Positions 43,864 to 54,804 of a stretch of 64,000 bases of DNA are shown here, one piece after another. The stretch lies in the NCBI GenBank assembly GCA_963795855.1, contig CAWCIZ010000003.1, positions 672,001 through 736,000 on the forward strand, written 5' to 3'. Source of the stretch: Vulcanimicrobiota bacterium. GTDB taxonomy: Bacteria > Vulcanimicrobiota > Vulcanimicrobiia > Vulcanimicrobiales > Vulcanimicrobiaceae. The notes under the pieces are model-generated. The model had not been told where the DNA came from. It worked only from the letters and a program-made list of their open reading frames with translations, and ran no database searches. Every line of letters begins with the position of its first letter. Position 1 is the first letter of the stretch. The position numbers and the translations under genes are program-made.

Positions 43864-45394
43864 GGATCGACAAATCCGAGCCGGTCATTTTTTCCGGAAC
43901 CGGCAAATCCATGATGCGCAGCAGCGTCGGCGCTACGTCGCCCAATTTACCACCGCTCCGAAGCTTGCCGTTCGGACTATTGCCCACCAGGAGCAGCGGA
44001 ACCGGATTCGTCGTGTGCGCGGTCAGCGGGTTGCCGTCCGCGTCGATCTTCTCTTCCGCATTGCCGTGATCTGCCGTGATGACCAGCAAGCCGCCGGCCG
44101 CGAGAACGGCATCGCTCAAACGCTGCAGACACCCATCCAGAATCTGCACGCTCTCGATTGTCGGCGCCCACTTCCCGGTGTGGCCGACCATGTCCGCATT
44201 TGCATAATTCATGATGATGACGTCGTACGTGCCGGCTTGGATCTGCTCGACTGCGTAGTCGGTGATTTCCCTCGCGCGCATCTGCGGAGCCAAGTCATAC
44301 GTCGCCACCGTGCGATCGGACGGGATGAGTTTGCGGTCTTCGCCTTCGAACACGTCTTCGCGTCCGCCGTTGAAAAAGTACGTGACGTGCGCGTACTTCT
44401 CGGTTTCCGCCAAGCGCAGCTGACGCAGCCCTTCGCGCGAAACGATTTCGCCGAAGGTATCGAACTGGGGCCGCGGCCCGAACAGCACCGGGTTCGCAAA
44501 CGTTTCCTCGTACTTCGTCATCGTCGCGAAAACGAAATTCTGGAAGCGCTCCACCGGGAACGGCACGGGACTTTCACCGCTGGGCGCCGGCGAAAACGCC
44601 AACGTCATCTGACGCGCGCGGTCCGGGCGAAAGTTGAAGAAGATGCACGCATCGCCGCTTCGCACGGGGCGCGGCGCGCCGACGATGGTGGGCTGCACGA
44701 ACTCGTCGTTTTCGCCGCGCGCGTACCCCGCTTCGAGCGCTTGCAGCGCGGTCGCGGCATGAAAAGGCGCCTTCGCAAGCGCGATCGCGTCGTACGCAAC
44801 CTGCGTGCGTTCCCAACGCTTGTCGCGATCCATCGCATAATAGCGGCCGATTACCGTTCGCACCGCCTGGGATTCTCCGACTGGTTCAACTCGTCTTGAA
44901 TCTGCCCCAGATACTTCGCGGCGGAGCGCGGCGGCGTATCGCGGCCGTCGAGAAATGCGTGAACGGCGAAGCGCGAGCCCTCCGCGTGAGCGCACGCGAT
45001 CATTTCCAGCAAGTGATCGAGCGAACTGTGCACTTTGCCGTCGGAGACCAAGCCCAGGAAGTGCAGCGTCCCGCCGCCGGCTTTGACGTGATCGATGCAG
45101 GCATTGAGCACCGCATTTTTTGCAAACTCGCCCGATGCGATATCCGCATCGATGATCACGACGCCTTGCGGAACGACGCGTCCGCTGCCCAAATTCATGT
45201 GGCCCACTTCGCTGTTGCCCATGATGCCCTTGGGTAAGCCGACGTCTTCGCCGCTGGCTTCCAGCATCGTCCACGGATACTTTTCGAAAAAGGCATTCCA
45301 ATGCGGCGTGCGAGCCGCCGCGATCGCGTTGCCGTGCGTTTTTTCGCTGCACCCCCACCCGTCGAGCACCGCGAGAACGATGGGGCGGTAGTTC
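43856..45394 (-). CDS. gpmI: 2,3-BPG-independent phosphoglycerate mutase (frameshift near 44865)
   Basis: VLDGWG, MGNSEVGH, DGRDTPP, GRYYAMDRD, AETEKYAHVT, TADHGNAE. Confidence 0.95.
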   Translation of the reverse strand, partial: ELPPHRSRGARRVGVQRKNARQRDRGGSHAALECLFRKVSVDDAGSQRRRRRLTQGHHGQQRSGPHEFGQRTRRSARRRDHRCGYRIGRVCKKCGAQCLHRSRQSRRRDAALPGLGLRRQSAQFARSLAGNDRVRSRGGLALRRSRISRRPRYAAALRREVSGADSRRVEPVGESQAVRTVIGRYYAMDRDKRWERTQVAYDAIALAKAPFHAATALQALEAGYARGENDEFVQPTIVGAPRPVRSGDACIFFNFRPDRARQMTLAFSPAPSGESPVPFPVERFQNFVFATMTKYEETFANPVLFGPRPQFDTFGEIVSREGLRQLRLAETEKYAHVTYFFNGGREDVFEGEDRKLIPSDRTVATYDLAPQMRAREITDYAVEQIQAGTYDVIIMNYANADMVGHTGKWAPTIESVQILDGCLQRLSDAVLAAGGLLVITADHGNAEEKIDADGNPLTAHTTNPVPLLLVGNSPNGKLRSGGKLGDVAPTLLRIMDLPVPEKMTGSDLSIRG

Positions 45395-46160
45395 ATGCGT
45401 CTCCCGTAGCCGCAGCCGCGGCGAGCGCGTAGAAACTCTCCGGATCGAGTGAGGCGCCCCCTACCAATCCGCCGTCGATGTCAGGCTGCGCGGTGTACGC
45501 CGCCATGTTTTCGGGCTTCACGCTGCCGCCATAAAGAATCGGAACGTCATGCAACCCGCGCACGCATCCGCGAATCGCGCGCATGACCTCGTTCGCCTCT
45601 ACGGGATCGCAGTTATGGCCGGTGCCGATCGCCCAAATCGGTTCGTATGCAAGGACGACGTTTGCAATCGCATCTTCGTCGAGCCCGTTCAGCGCGGCGC
45701 GGGTTTGCGCCAGCACATGACTTTCCGTCGCGCCTTGTTTGCGGATTTCTAGGCTTTCCCCGACGGCGACAATGGGCGTCAGCCCGGCTGCTATCGCAGC
45801 CGCCGTCTTCAACCGCACGGTCTCGTCGGTTTCACCGAAATACCGGCGCCGCTCGGAGTGACCCAAAATAACGTAGGCCACCCCGATTTCTAGAAGCATC
45901 GGCGCGGATATCTCGCCGGTGAATGCACCGCTGCGCTCCCAGTGCATATTCTGCGCGCCGAGTTTTACGCGTCCGCCGCCGCCTTGCGCCGCATCCAGTG
46001 AAGCCGCGACGGTTTGCAGCGCGGTGAACGGCGGGCACAGCACGAGGTCGACATCGGACGGAATCGACGCCGCCGACGGCATGAAACGTGCGACGAACGC
46101 GGCGGCTTCCACATTCGTCTTGTTCATCTTCCAATTTGCCACGCAAATGCGTTTCCTCAC
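45393..46160 (-). CDS. tpiA: Triosephosphate isomerase
   Basis: NWKMNK, GHSERR, AYEPIWAIGTG, YGGSV, LVGGASL. Confidence 0.97.
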   Translation of the reverse strand: MRKRICVANWKMNKTNVEAAAFVARFMPSAASIPSDVDLVLCPPFTALQTVAASLDAAQGGGGRVKLGAQNMHWERSGAFTGEISAPMLLEIGVAYVILGHSERRRYFGETDETVRLKTAAAIAAGLTPIVAVGESLEIRKQGATESHVLAQTRAALNGLDEDAIANVVLAYEPIWAIGTGHNCDPVEANEVMRAIRGCVRGLHDVPILYGGSVKPENMAAYTAQPDIDGGLVGGASLDPESFYALAAAAATGDA

Positions 46161-47377
46161 CAGCGCTGATCCTCACGCATGCGCGCTTTCGCGTCTTCGA
46201 GCGCCTTGATGCCCGGCAACTCTTTGCCTTCGAGGAATTCGAGCGTCGCGCCGCCCCCCGTGCTCACGTGAGTGACGTGTTCCGCAAATTTGAGCTCTTC
46301 CGCAGCGGCCGCGGCGTCGCCGCCGCCAACGATCGTGGTCGCCCCTGCTTGCGTCGCCTTTTTCATGGCCTCGCCGATTGCGCGCGTGCCCTCACGATAC
46401 GGCGTTTTCTCGTACACGCCCATCGGCCCGTTGAAGACGATCGTCTTCGCCGTTTCGATCACGGTGGCGTATTCTTGCGCGGTTTTAGGTCCGATGTCCA
46501 GAATCATCTGATCGCCGACTTGCGGCAGATCTACGGCGTGAGCGCCTTCGTCGTTGTCGAAACTCGTCGATACGATCGCGTCCACCGGCAGCAGAAGCGA
46601 GACGTCGCGAGTACGCGCGAGATCGAGAATCGCTTTCGCCGGTTCCAGATCGTCGTCGCGCAGCGATTTTCCCACGTCGACGCCGCGGGCGGCAAGAAAC
46701 GTGTTTGCCATACCGCCGCCGATGCAGAACGCGTGAACCTTTTCCATCAATTTGGTGAAAACGCCGACTTTGTCTTTGACCTTCGCGCCGCCGATGACGC
46801 ACACGTACGGTTGTTCCGGATCGTGGATCAGCTTACCGAGTGCGGCGATCTCCGACTGCATCAAGAACCCGGCAGCACTCGGAAGGTAGTGTGCCACCGC
46901 TTCGGTGGAAGCATGCGCGCGGTGCGCCGTTCCGAACGCGTCGTTGACGTAAAAGTCGGCAAGTTCGGCGAGTTTACGTGCAAAGACCGGATCGTTCTGC
47001 TCTTCTCCCGGATCGAAGCGTACGTTTTCGAGCATCACGATGTCGCCGTCGTGCATGCCGCTTATCGCTTGATGTGCGGCCGGGCCGACGGTATCGCTCG
47101 CGAACGTCACGTCGATGTGCAGACGGCTGGAGAGCGCGTTGGCAACCGGTTTCAGCGAGTACCTCGCGTCGGGCTTTCCGTCCGGGCGGCCGAGATGCGA
47201 GCAGACGATCACCTTCGCGCCATGATCGGAAAGATAGCGCAGCGTTTCGAGCGAGGCATCGATGCGCTTGTAGTCCAGGATGTCGCCCTCTTTCATCGGG
47301 ACGTTCAAGTCCTCGCGCACGAGCACACGCTTGCCCTTGACGTTGATTTCCTTGAGCGTGCGAAACGGAAAAACCAT
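46157..47377 (-). CDS. pgk: Phosphoglycerate kinase
   Basis: DLNVP, SHLGRP, NDAFGTAHRAHAS, HVSTGGGA. Confidence 0.97.
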   Translation of the reverse strand: MVFPFRTLKEINVKGKRVLVREDLNVPMKEGDILDYKRIDASLETLRYLSDHGAKVIVCSHLGRPDGKPDARYSLKPVANALSSRLHIDVTFASDTVGPAAHQAISGMHDGDIVMLENVRFDPGEEQNDPVFARKLAELADFYVNDAFGTAHRAHASTEAVAHYLPSAAGFLMQSEIAALGKLIHDPEQPYVCVIGGAKVKDKVGVFTKLMEKVHAFCIGGGMANTFLAARGVDVGKSLRDDDLEPAKAILDLARTRDVSLLLPVDAIVSTSFDNDEGAHAVDLPQVGDQMILDIGPKTAQEYATVIETAKTIVFNGPMGVYEKTPYREGTRAIGEAMKKATQAGATTIVGGGDAAAAAEELKFAEHVTHVSTGGGATLEFLEGKELPGIKALEDAKARMREDQRW

Positions 47378-47389
47378 GACCGAACTCTC

Positions 47390-49348
47390 CTACTTCACGT
47401 ATTTCGCAATCCAGCCGACCCAGTAACGGTACACGTCGACGGTTCGCACGGGATCCCCGGGAAAGTGACCGTGAACCGGCCACTCGTAGAATTCGACGGG
47501 AACGCCGTTGTCGTGCAGCGCGTGATAGAACGCATACGACTGCGCCGCCGGGACGCGCACGTCATACGTGTCGGAAAGAATGAGCGTCGGCGTCTTCACG
47601 TTGCGGTAATACGTAAGCGGAGAAACCGCGCGATACGTTTGCATCAGGTTGCCGGTGAAGGGCGAGCCGGGCATCGACAGCCGATCCGCGCCGATGTCGT
47701 CCGCGAGCGAATAGTCGTATACCAGATCGTCGACTGCCGCGCCCGCGACGGCGCACGCCCAGCGACGATCCTGCGTGATCAGCCACGACGTCATCATGCC
47801 GCCGTAAGACCATCCCGACACGCAGATGCTGCGCGGATCGATCGGCACGGTGCGCTCGACGGCACTAACGCCGGCCAAGATATCGCGTCCGGGGCCGCGC
47901 GTTGCATCGATGTAAATCGCGTGCTGATACGCGTTGCCCAGATTGTCGCTGCCGCGATAATTCGGGCGAAGCACGAACCAGCCGCGAGCCGCCATCACCT
48001 GCGCCAATTCGTCGAAAGTCGTTGTCGATGCGCTGGTCGGTCCGCCGTGAATCAGCAGCACGAGCGGATAGCGCTTGGACCGCTCGAATTGGGCGGGATA
48101 CGTCAGAACGCCGTCTTCGTGGAAGCCGTCGTTGCGCCAATCGATCGAAGTGACGTTGCCGAGCGTTTTTTCGGCAATGGCGGCGTTGTAGTCCGTCAGC
48201 CGCGTGAGCTTTCCGGATGCGGATCGGTAATAAATTTCTCCGGGATGGTGCGGCGTCGTGCCGACGAACGCGATGGCTCCGTCGCGCGCGATGCTGCCTG
48301 CGAAGTCGCCGATGGCGTTGACGTCGCCGAGCTGCAGGCGCTGGGCGCGCCCGGTGCGAGAGACGCGCCAGAGAACGCTGCGCGTGCCGAAGTTTCCTTG
48401 AACGAGCAATGCGGACGAGTTCGGATACCACGCGTAGTTCGTCGTGTTCGCGTCCAAACCGATGCGCGTCAGATCGAAGCCGGTGCCGCGTCCGGTCGAA
48501 AGAAAGATGTCCGCCTCGTTCATTGCATCGCCGCCGCGCGCATAGGTGTACGCAATGCTGCTGCCGTCGGGCGAATATCGCGGGTTGAATTCGAAGCGCG
48601 TGCGTCCCGTCAGTCCGACGCTGCGTTTCGCCGCGACGTCGAACTTCTCCACCACCGAGCGTTCGGCATCGCCGAGCAATGCGTTCGGCAGGCGAACGTA
48701 GAGCAGATACTTCGCATCGGGTGACCAGGAGAGCGTCGATTCCGCGTCGCCGGCCGCGACGCTCCACGTTCCGCTCGTCAGGCGGTTTTGCGTGCCGTCG
48801 ACGTCGATGAGCCATAGATGCGCCGGCGGGAACGGGCCCGGATCCAGATACGCGTTATCGGTGACGCGATACGCGTCTTGCCAACGCGCAATGCCGGTAC
48901 GCTGCGGCACTTCGTCCGACGCGAGATACGCCAGCGCTTTGCCGTCAGGACGCCACGCGAACTGTTCGACGCCCGTTTTGGAGTGCGTGAGTTGCAGCGG
49001 CTGCGCATCGTGCGGAACCGTCAGCCAGATCTGCGCGTGCCGATCGGTATCGTCCGCGAGGAACGCGATGTGCGAACCGTCGGGCGACCATGCTGCGTCG
49101 TGCACGGTGCGATCCGTCTGGAGCGTATGCTGCTCGCGCGATTTGACGTCGAGCAGCACGAGCCGCGAGTTGCGCCGGTCATGCTCGAGGTCAACGCCGG
49201 AGCGCGTGAACAACAGCGTCGTTCCGTCGGGCGAGATGCGCGGCGACGAAACGCCGACGATTCGGTAGACGTCGTCGAGCGTGAAACGCGAATCGGCGGC
49301 GTTGGAGACGCCGCCGAGCAAAAGAGCGGATAAAATGACGTGAAACAA
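47390..49348 (-). CDS. S9 family (prolyl oligopeptidase/acylaminoacyl) peptidase
   Basis: Signal peptide, WSPDG propeller repeats, IHGGP, GWSYGG, DVRV, HGH; TTG start. Confidence 0.9.
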   Translation of the reverse strand: MFHVILSALLLGGVSNAADSRFTLDDVYRIVGVSSPRISPDGTTLLFTRSGVDLEHDRRNSRLVLLDVKSREQHTLQTDRTVHDAAWSPDGSHIAFLADDTDRHAQIWLTVPHDAQPLQLTHSKTGVEQFAWRPDGKALAYLASDEVPQRTGIARWQDAYRVTDNAYLDPGPFPPAHLWLIDVDGTQNRLTSGTWSVAAGDAESTLSWSPDAKYLLYVRLPNALLGDAERSVVEKFDVAAKRSVGLTGRTRFEFNPRYSPDGSSIAYTYARGGDAMNEADIFLSTGRGTGFDLTRIGLDANTTNYAWYPNSSALLVQGNFGTRSVLWRVSRTGRAQRLQLGDVNAIGDFAGSIARDGAIAFVGTTPHHPGEIYYRSASGKLTRLTDYNAAIAEKTLGNVTSIDWRNDGFHEDGVLTYPAQFERSKRYPLVLLIHGGPTSASTTTFDELAQVMAARGWFVLRPNYRGSDNLGNAYQHAIYIDATRGPGRDILAGVSAVERTVPIDPRSICVSGWSYGGMMTSWLITQDRRWACAVAGAAVDDLVYDYSLADDIGADRLSMPGSPFTGNLMQTYRAVSPLTYYRNVKTPTLILSDTYDVRVPAAQSYAFYHALHDNGVPVEFYEWPVHGHFPGDPVRTVDVYRYWVGWIAKYVK

Positions 49349-49350
49349 CG

Positions 49351-50364
49351 TTATACGCCGGCCGGAATCTTCTCCAGCACCATCGCGGTCAAATCCGCGA
49401 GGCGGCACGAGTAGCCCCACTCGTTGTCGTACCACGCGGCGATTTGCACGAGGTCGCCGTTTGCGCCGGTCAGTCCGGCGTCGATTATCGAACTGTACGG
49501 CGAGCGCTTGAAGTCGCTCGAGACGAGCTCCACGTCCGAATACCGAACGTACTCCTTCAAGTCGCCGTTCGCGGCGTTCTTGAGAATGCCGTTGAGTTCG
49601 TCCTTGGTCGTCTCTTTCTTGACTTGCGCGACGAGATAGATCATGGACACGGTCGGCGTCGGCACGCGCAAAGCAAACCCGTCGAACGTTCCCTTCACTT
49701 CGGGAATCGTCAGATACAGCGCCTTGGCCGCACCGGTCGAAGTCGGAATGATGTTCGTTGCGGCGTTGCGTGCGCGGCGCAAATCTTTGTGCGGCGCATC
49801 CAGAATATTCTGGTCGTTCGTATACGAGTGAATCGTCGACATGAAGCCCTTCACCCAACCGAGGTTGTCGACGATCGGTTTGACGGCCGTCGCCAAACAA
49901 TTCGTGGTGCAGGACGCGTTGGAGATGATTTGATGCTTTTCCGGATCGTACTGCGCGTGATTGACGCCGAGGACGACCGTGATGTCTTCACCTTTCGCGG
50001 GCGCTGAAATCAGCACTTTCTTCGCGCCGCCCCCGTCGATGTGCGCGCGCGCCTTGCTCGCGTCGGTGAAAAGGCCCGTCGACTCGATGACGACGTCGAC
50101 GCCGAGATCCTTCCACGGCAACTTGCCCGGATCGCGCTCCGCGAGCACGCGTATTTTCTGCTTGTCGATAGCGATGGTGTCGCCGTCCGCCGACACGCTG
50201 CCCTCGTACTCTCCGTAATTCGAGTCGTATCTGAAGAGATGCGCGCATTCTGCGGCGCTCGTCAAATCGTTGACGGCGGCGATTTCTATGCCGGGGTGAC
50301 GCTCGAGCAGCGCTTTCGCGAAGTTTCGTCCGATGCGGCCAAAGCCGTTGATGCCGATACGCAT
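49351..50364 (-). CDS. gap: Glyceraldehyde-3-phosphate dehydrogenase
   Basis: [27 protein letters not shown]. Confidence 0.98.
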   Translation of the reverse strand: MRIGINGFGRIGRNFAKALLERHPGIEIAAVNDLTSAAECAHLFRYDSNYGEYEGSVSADGDTIAIDKQKIRVLAERDPGKLPWKDLGVDVVIESTGLFTDASKARAHIDGGGAKKVLISAPAKGEDITVVLGVNHAQYDPEKHQIISNASCTTNCLATAVKPIVDNLGWVKGFMSTIHSYTNDQNILDAPHKDLRRARNAATNIIPTSTGAAKALYLTIPEVKGTFDGFALRVPTPTVSMIYLVAQVKKETTKDELNGILKNAANGDLKEYVRYSDVELVSSDFKRSPYSSIIDAGLTGANGDLVQIAAWYDNEWGYSCRLADLTAMVLEKIPAGV

Positions 50365-50384
50365 AAGCTCTCCTTACGAGTTCT

Positions 50385-51234
50385 TCAGGCCGGTTTCCCT
50401 CGAAGCCGCTTGGCCAATCGTGCGAGCGCCATGAGCCGGCTATTGACCGTCGGTTTGGCGATCGGGGGATTGCAGCGGCGGCCCAGTTCGGTCAGACTTT
50501 CGTCGGGGTAACGCAGCCGCAATTGCGCGATTTCGCGCAGTGCGGGCGAGAGATGCTGCAATCCGTACGCGCTTGCGAGATAGTCTATGGTCTCCCGATG
50601 TCCGGCCGCCGCCGCCGCGGCACGCTCCAGGTTCGCCGCTTCGGTGTTGACTATGCGGTGGATGCGGTTCTTGGTCTCCTTGAGCGCCCGCACGTCTTCG
50701 AGCCGCAGCACCGCGCCATGCGCGCCGATGATCGTGAGCAGGCCCACGATGGCCTCGAAGTCCTTGTAGTACAGCACGAACCGGTGCTTTCGATACATGC
50801 TCTTGGGCGCGTCCGCGACCGCGCGAAGCATCCACGCCAGACGCGTTGCCTGCGCTTCTTCGGGCAGCACGAATTCAACGTGGTAACCCTGCACGCCGCC
50901 CGACACCGAACCGCACGCCAAGAACGCGGCGCGCGCTTCCATGACGCGATCGCAGCGGTGCACGGGTTTTCCCGGCGTTTCACGCAGCTCCGGCGGAAGA
51001 GCGATGCGGTACGAGGGAACGCGCCGCAATCGCGTGCCGGCGATCTTTTCGATGTGATGCGCGCGCAGCAGCGATCGCAACAGCCGCGCAACGGCATTTC
51101 GCTGCGTGACGAAGTACTGCGGAGTCTCGCGTGCGGCCGTACAGTGCCAGACCGCGAAGAAGAGCCTCGCGGCAATGCGCCGCTTCCGGAATCTCGCGCG
51201 CGAGCGCGTCTTTCGTATCCGCCGAAAGGCTCAA
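50385..51234 (-). CDS. whiA: DNA-binding protein WhiA (frameshift near 51110)
   Basis: AFLACGSV..GYHVEF, NRIHRIVNTEAANL, RLRYPDESLTELG, KPTVNSRL. Confidence 0.9.
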
Positions 51235-51506
51235 ATCCACTCCGGCGGTTCGTCTTTGCGCTGATCTAAAATCTCGTAGAGATCGGCGGGTTTGAGTCCC
51301 GGCATCATGCGCAGCGGCACCTCGCGCACGCGCACGGTGACGAATTTCGAAGCGTAGTGTATCTCCAAGACGTCGCCCGGTTTGACCTGATAGCCGGGTT
51401 TGAGCTCCTTGCCGTCTTTGGTGATGCGGCCGTGCACCAAAGCCTCGTGCGCTTCGGAGCGCCGCTTCGAGAGCCGCGAAACTTTCATGAACTTGTCCAG
51501 ACGCAT
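51231..51506 (-). CDS. S4-domain RNA-binding protein (YabO/RqcP/Hsp15-like)
   Basis: MRLDKFMKVSRLSKRRSEA..GRI..KPGD. Confidence 0.88.
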   Translation of the reverse strand: MRLDKFMKVSRLSKRRSEAHEALVHGRITKDGKELKPGYQVKPGDVLEIHYASKFVTVRVREVPLRMMPGLKPADLYEILDQRKDEPPEWI

Positions 51507-51567
51507 AGGCTGTTCGCAGTACTGCGCCGGACGGGAGCGGTTCCCTCGTCTGGCTAAAGGTGGCCCG

Positions 51568-52938
51568 ATGGCGCAAGCTGCGGCAAGTATCTTCGACGAG
51601 AGCCGTCCGATGTGGCGGCTCTTTCTCGTGTTTCTCATTCCGCTCATGCTGAGCAACGCGCTGCAGTCGGCGTCTCAAACGGTGGCAAGCATCTACTTGG
51701 GACGTCTGATCGGCGTGAACGCGCTTGCTGCAGTATCGGCCGTCTTTCCGATCATTTTTCTGCTGATCTCATTCATCATCGGTCTCTCGAGCGGCAGTAC
51801 CGTGCTTATCGGACAAGCGTTCGGAGCGAAGAATCCGCATGCCATGAAACGCGTCGCGGCGACGACGCTGACGGTCAGCTTGCTGCTCGGCGTCGTTCTC
51901 GGCCTCATTGGAGCGCTGGCGACGCGACCGATGCTCGAGCTCGTGCGAACGCCGGCGAACATTCTCAACGATTCCGTCTTGTATGCGCGTATTCTTTTTG
52001 CCTCGCTGCCCGTATTTTTTCCGTACATCGCGTACACGACGTTCTTACGCGGTATCGGCGATTCCAAGACGCCGTTCTACTTTCTGTTCATCAGCACGGC
52101 TATCACGATCGTGCTCACCCCCGCCCTGATCCTGGGATGGCTCGGGCCGCGCTGGGGCGTCGAGAGCGCCGCGGTTGCGGGGGTGGTGGCCAATACCGCC
52201 GCGTTCGTCGCGTTGCTGATCTACCTAAATGCGATTCGTCATCCGCTGCGTTTCGACGGCGAAATGCTGCGCGATTTGCGCATCGACTGGCGAATCTTGG
52301 CGACGGTCGTGCGTATCGGCGTGCCGACCGGCATTCAAGTGATCATGGTGGCGCTGGCGGAAATAGCGGTGATCTCGTTCGTCAATCATTTCGGGTCGCG
52401 AGCGACCGCGGCATACGGTGCGGTCAATCAGATCATCGGCTACGTGCAGTTCCCGGCGATCAGCATCGGCATCACCGCCTCGATTTTCGGAGCGCAGTGC
52501 ATCGGCGCGCGCCGCGAGGATAAGCTGCAAAGCGTCGTGCACTCCGGCGTCGCGTTGAACTATGCAATCGGCGGCGTCCTCATCGTGCTGTGCTATGCAT
52601 TTGCGTGGAACATTCTCGGATGGTTCATCACCGAGCAGCAGACGCTCGATATCGCCCACCAACTGCTGATGATCACGCTGTGGAGCTATTTGCTCTTCGG
52701 AAACAGCTCGGTGCTCAGCGGCGTCATGCGCAGCAGCGGGACGGTGTTTTGGCCAACCGCGATAGGCATTTTCGCGATTTGGGGCTTCGAAGTGCCGGCG
52801 GCGTATCTGCTGATGCGCCGCTTCGCGCTGGACGGCGTGTGGATGGGCTATCCGATCGCATACTTCGCGTCGCTCTGCCTCCAGTTGGCGTATTATGCGT
52901 TCGTGTGGAAGCGCAAGACGCACGAACGCTTGATCTGA
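51568..52938 (+). CDS. MATE family efflux transporter
   Basis: About 12 TM; LIGQAFGA, LRGIGDSKTP, GAQCIGA. Confidence 0.92.
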   Translation: MAQAAASIFDESRPMWRLFLVFLIPLMLSNALQSASQTVASIYLGRLIGVNALAAVSAVFPIIFLLISFIIGLSSGSTVLIGQAFGAKNPHAMKRVAATTLTVSLLLGVVLGLIGALATRPMLELVRTPANILNDSVLYARILFASLPVFFPYIAYTTFLRGIGDSKTPFYFLFISTAITIVLTPALILGWLGPRWGVESAAVAGVVANTAAFVALLIYLNAIRHPLRFDGEMLRDLRIDWRILATVVRIGVPTGIQVIMVALAEIAVISFVNHFGSRATAAYGAVNQIIGYVQFPAISIGITASIFGAQCIGARREDKLQSVVHSGVALNYAIGGVLIVLCYAFAWNILGWFITEQQTLDIAHQLLMITLWSYLLFGNSSVLSGVMRSSGTVFWPTAIGIFAIWGFEVPAAYLLMRRFALDGVWMGYPIAYFASLCLQLAYYAFVWKRKTHERLI

Positions 52939-52948
52939 GTTTGAAATG

Positions 52949-52976
52949 AAACGGGCGCCTTGCGGCGCCCGTTTTT
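52949..52976. terminator. Bidirectional intrinsic terminator
   Basis: AAACGGGCGCC-TTGC-GGCGCCCGTTTTT between convergent genes. Confidence 0.8.
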
Positions 52977-52977
52977 G

Positions 52978-53175
52978 CTACTTGCGGCAGTAGCCGTGCA
53001 CTTTCGTGCCGGACTTCGTCTTATAGCCTTTGACCCAGTGTTGACCCGCGGGACACGAATGCATATGCTTGCCCGTCATGGACTTCATCGAGGAATGCGC
53101 GAAGGCGCTTTGGCCGGCAAACGTAAATGCCAGCGCCATCGCCGCTGCTAAAAGACGCGGATAAAAACGATTCAT
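52978..53175 (-). CDS. Small secreted protein
   Basis: GGAGG RBS, signal peptide, CPAGQHWVKGYKTKSGTKVHGYCRK. Confidence 0.7.
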   Translation of the reverse strand: MNRFYPRLLAAAMALAFTFAGQSAFAHSSMKSMTGKHMHSCPAGQHWVKGYKTKSGTKVHGYCRK

Positions 53176-53236
53176 GAGAACCTCCATTGGAGAAAGAGGA
53201 TGCCCCTCTACTTGGGCGGCAGCCTCGCGCGCGCCT

Positions 53237-53634
53237 CTAAGCCCGCTTCTTTTCCTTGGGCGTCACGCACGTTCCGAGGCGCGGCAAACGGTTACCGGCT
53301 CGCTGAGGACGTCCGCCGCACTCTCGTTTACTTGCGGGCGCGCGGCGATGACTTTGCGCGCTTCGAAGCGCATTTTGCGCGACGTCGTACCGACGCTTTC
53401 AATCCAGCCTTCGGCTTCGACGTAGTCCCCGGCGTAGACTGGAGCCAGAAACTCGACGCTGTCGTACGCGACGAAGAGGCCCTCGTCGCCGTCCATGCGG
53501 ATGAGCAGCTCCGTGGCGACGTCGCCGAACAGCGCGAGGATGCGCGCGCCGTCGACCAAGTTTCCGCCGTAGTGTGCGTCGTGCGCGCTCATGCGAAGCC
53601 GGATTACGCTGCTTGCGTCTTTGCCAGTTGCCAC
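53237..53634 (-). CDS. kal: Hotdog-fold protein, 3-aminobutyryl-CoA ammonia-lyase-like (indel near 53275)
   Basis: [63 protein letters not shown]. Confidence 0.8.
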
Positions 53635-54804
53635 AGTTCCTCGAGTTCGTCGATGCTCATGTCGGAAAGCGATTTGCCGTCTTTGGCCGCCCGCTGTTCC
53701 ATGAAGCTGAAGCGTTTGTAGAATTTTTCGTTCGCCTCGCGCATGGCGGTTTCCGCGTCGATGCCGATCGCGCGTGAAAGATTCACGAGCGTAAAAAAGA
53801 CGTCGCCGAGCTCTTCCCGCACGTGCGGATCGTCTTGCTTCTCGCGCCTGGCTTCCGCGAGCTCCGTGAGTTCTTCGTGCAGCTTGTCGAGAATGTCGCG
53901 CGCGCCCGGCCAGTCGAAGCCGACGCGCGACGCCTTTTCCTGCATGCGCTGCCCGCGCTGCAATGCGCCGAGATGTTTGGGAATACCGTCGAGCCGGCTT
54001 TTGCGCTTTTGACCCGTCGCCTCTTGGGCCTTGAGTTTCTCCCAGTTTTTCCACTGCGAGTCGACGTCTTCAATCACCGCGTCGCCGAAAACGTGCGGAT
54101 GACGGCGCACCATCTTGTTCGAAAGCGCGTCCACGACGTCGGCGACGGTGAACTTGCCGGTTTCGGAACCGAGCCTGCGCGTGAAAGACGATCTGCAGCA
54201 GCAAATCGCCGAGTTCCTCGCAAAGCGCCGCTTCGTCGTTTTGCTCGATCGCGTCGACGACTTCGTACGTCTCTTCGATGAGATACGGAACCAGCGTGCG
54301 ATGCGTTTGCTCGCGGTCCCACGGGCACGACGCGCGCAAGCGCGCCATGATTTCGATCAAATCGTCCCAACTGTGATGCGCCGATGCCGGCGGCAGCGGC
54401 ACGAGCGGCATCGTGATGGAAGCGGAAAGCGTGGCACGCGGCATGCCGGGCACGATTTCCGTGCGCACGCGCCGCCGTTCGAGCGCGCGCAAAAGCGGCG
54501 GCAAACCCGGAAAGTCTGAAAGCGGATTGCCCAGCACGCCGATGCCGATTCCGTCGTCGCCCGAGACGCGCTCGAAGACCGCGTCGGCGAATTGCTCGAT
54601 GATCTCGGTGCTGCCGCGAACGAGCAGCGGCGGATCGACGACGAGATCGCGCACGATGACGACGCCGTTTTCGGCGAGATATCTCGTCAAGTCCGGCGGC
54701 GCCAGCAGCGTCACCGCGCGGCCGATGCGGCGCAGCGCTTCAACGCTTCCGAGCGTGAGCAGTTGCGGGTCTCCCGGTCCGAGTCCGACGATGCGCACGA
54801 GCAT
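53604..54804 (-). CDS. mazG: MazG/YabN nucleoside triphosphate pyrophosphohydrolase with degenerate N-terminal methylase-like domain (frameshift near 54170)
   Basis: [51 protein letters not shown]. Confidence 0.92.

Noticed and set aside
46088..48724. 878-aa plus-strand ORF
   Set aside because: Antisense shadow of pgk and the S9 peptidase.
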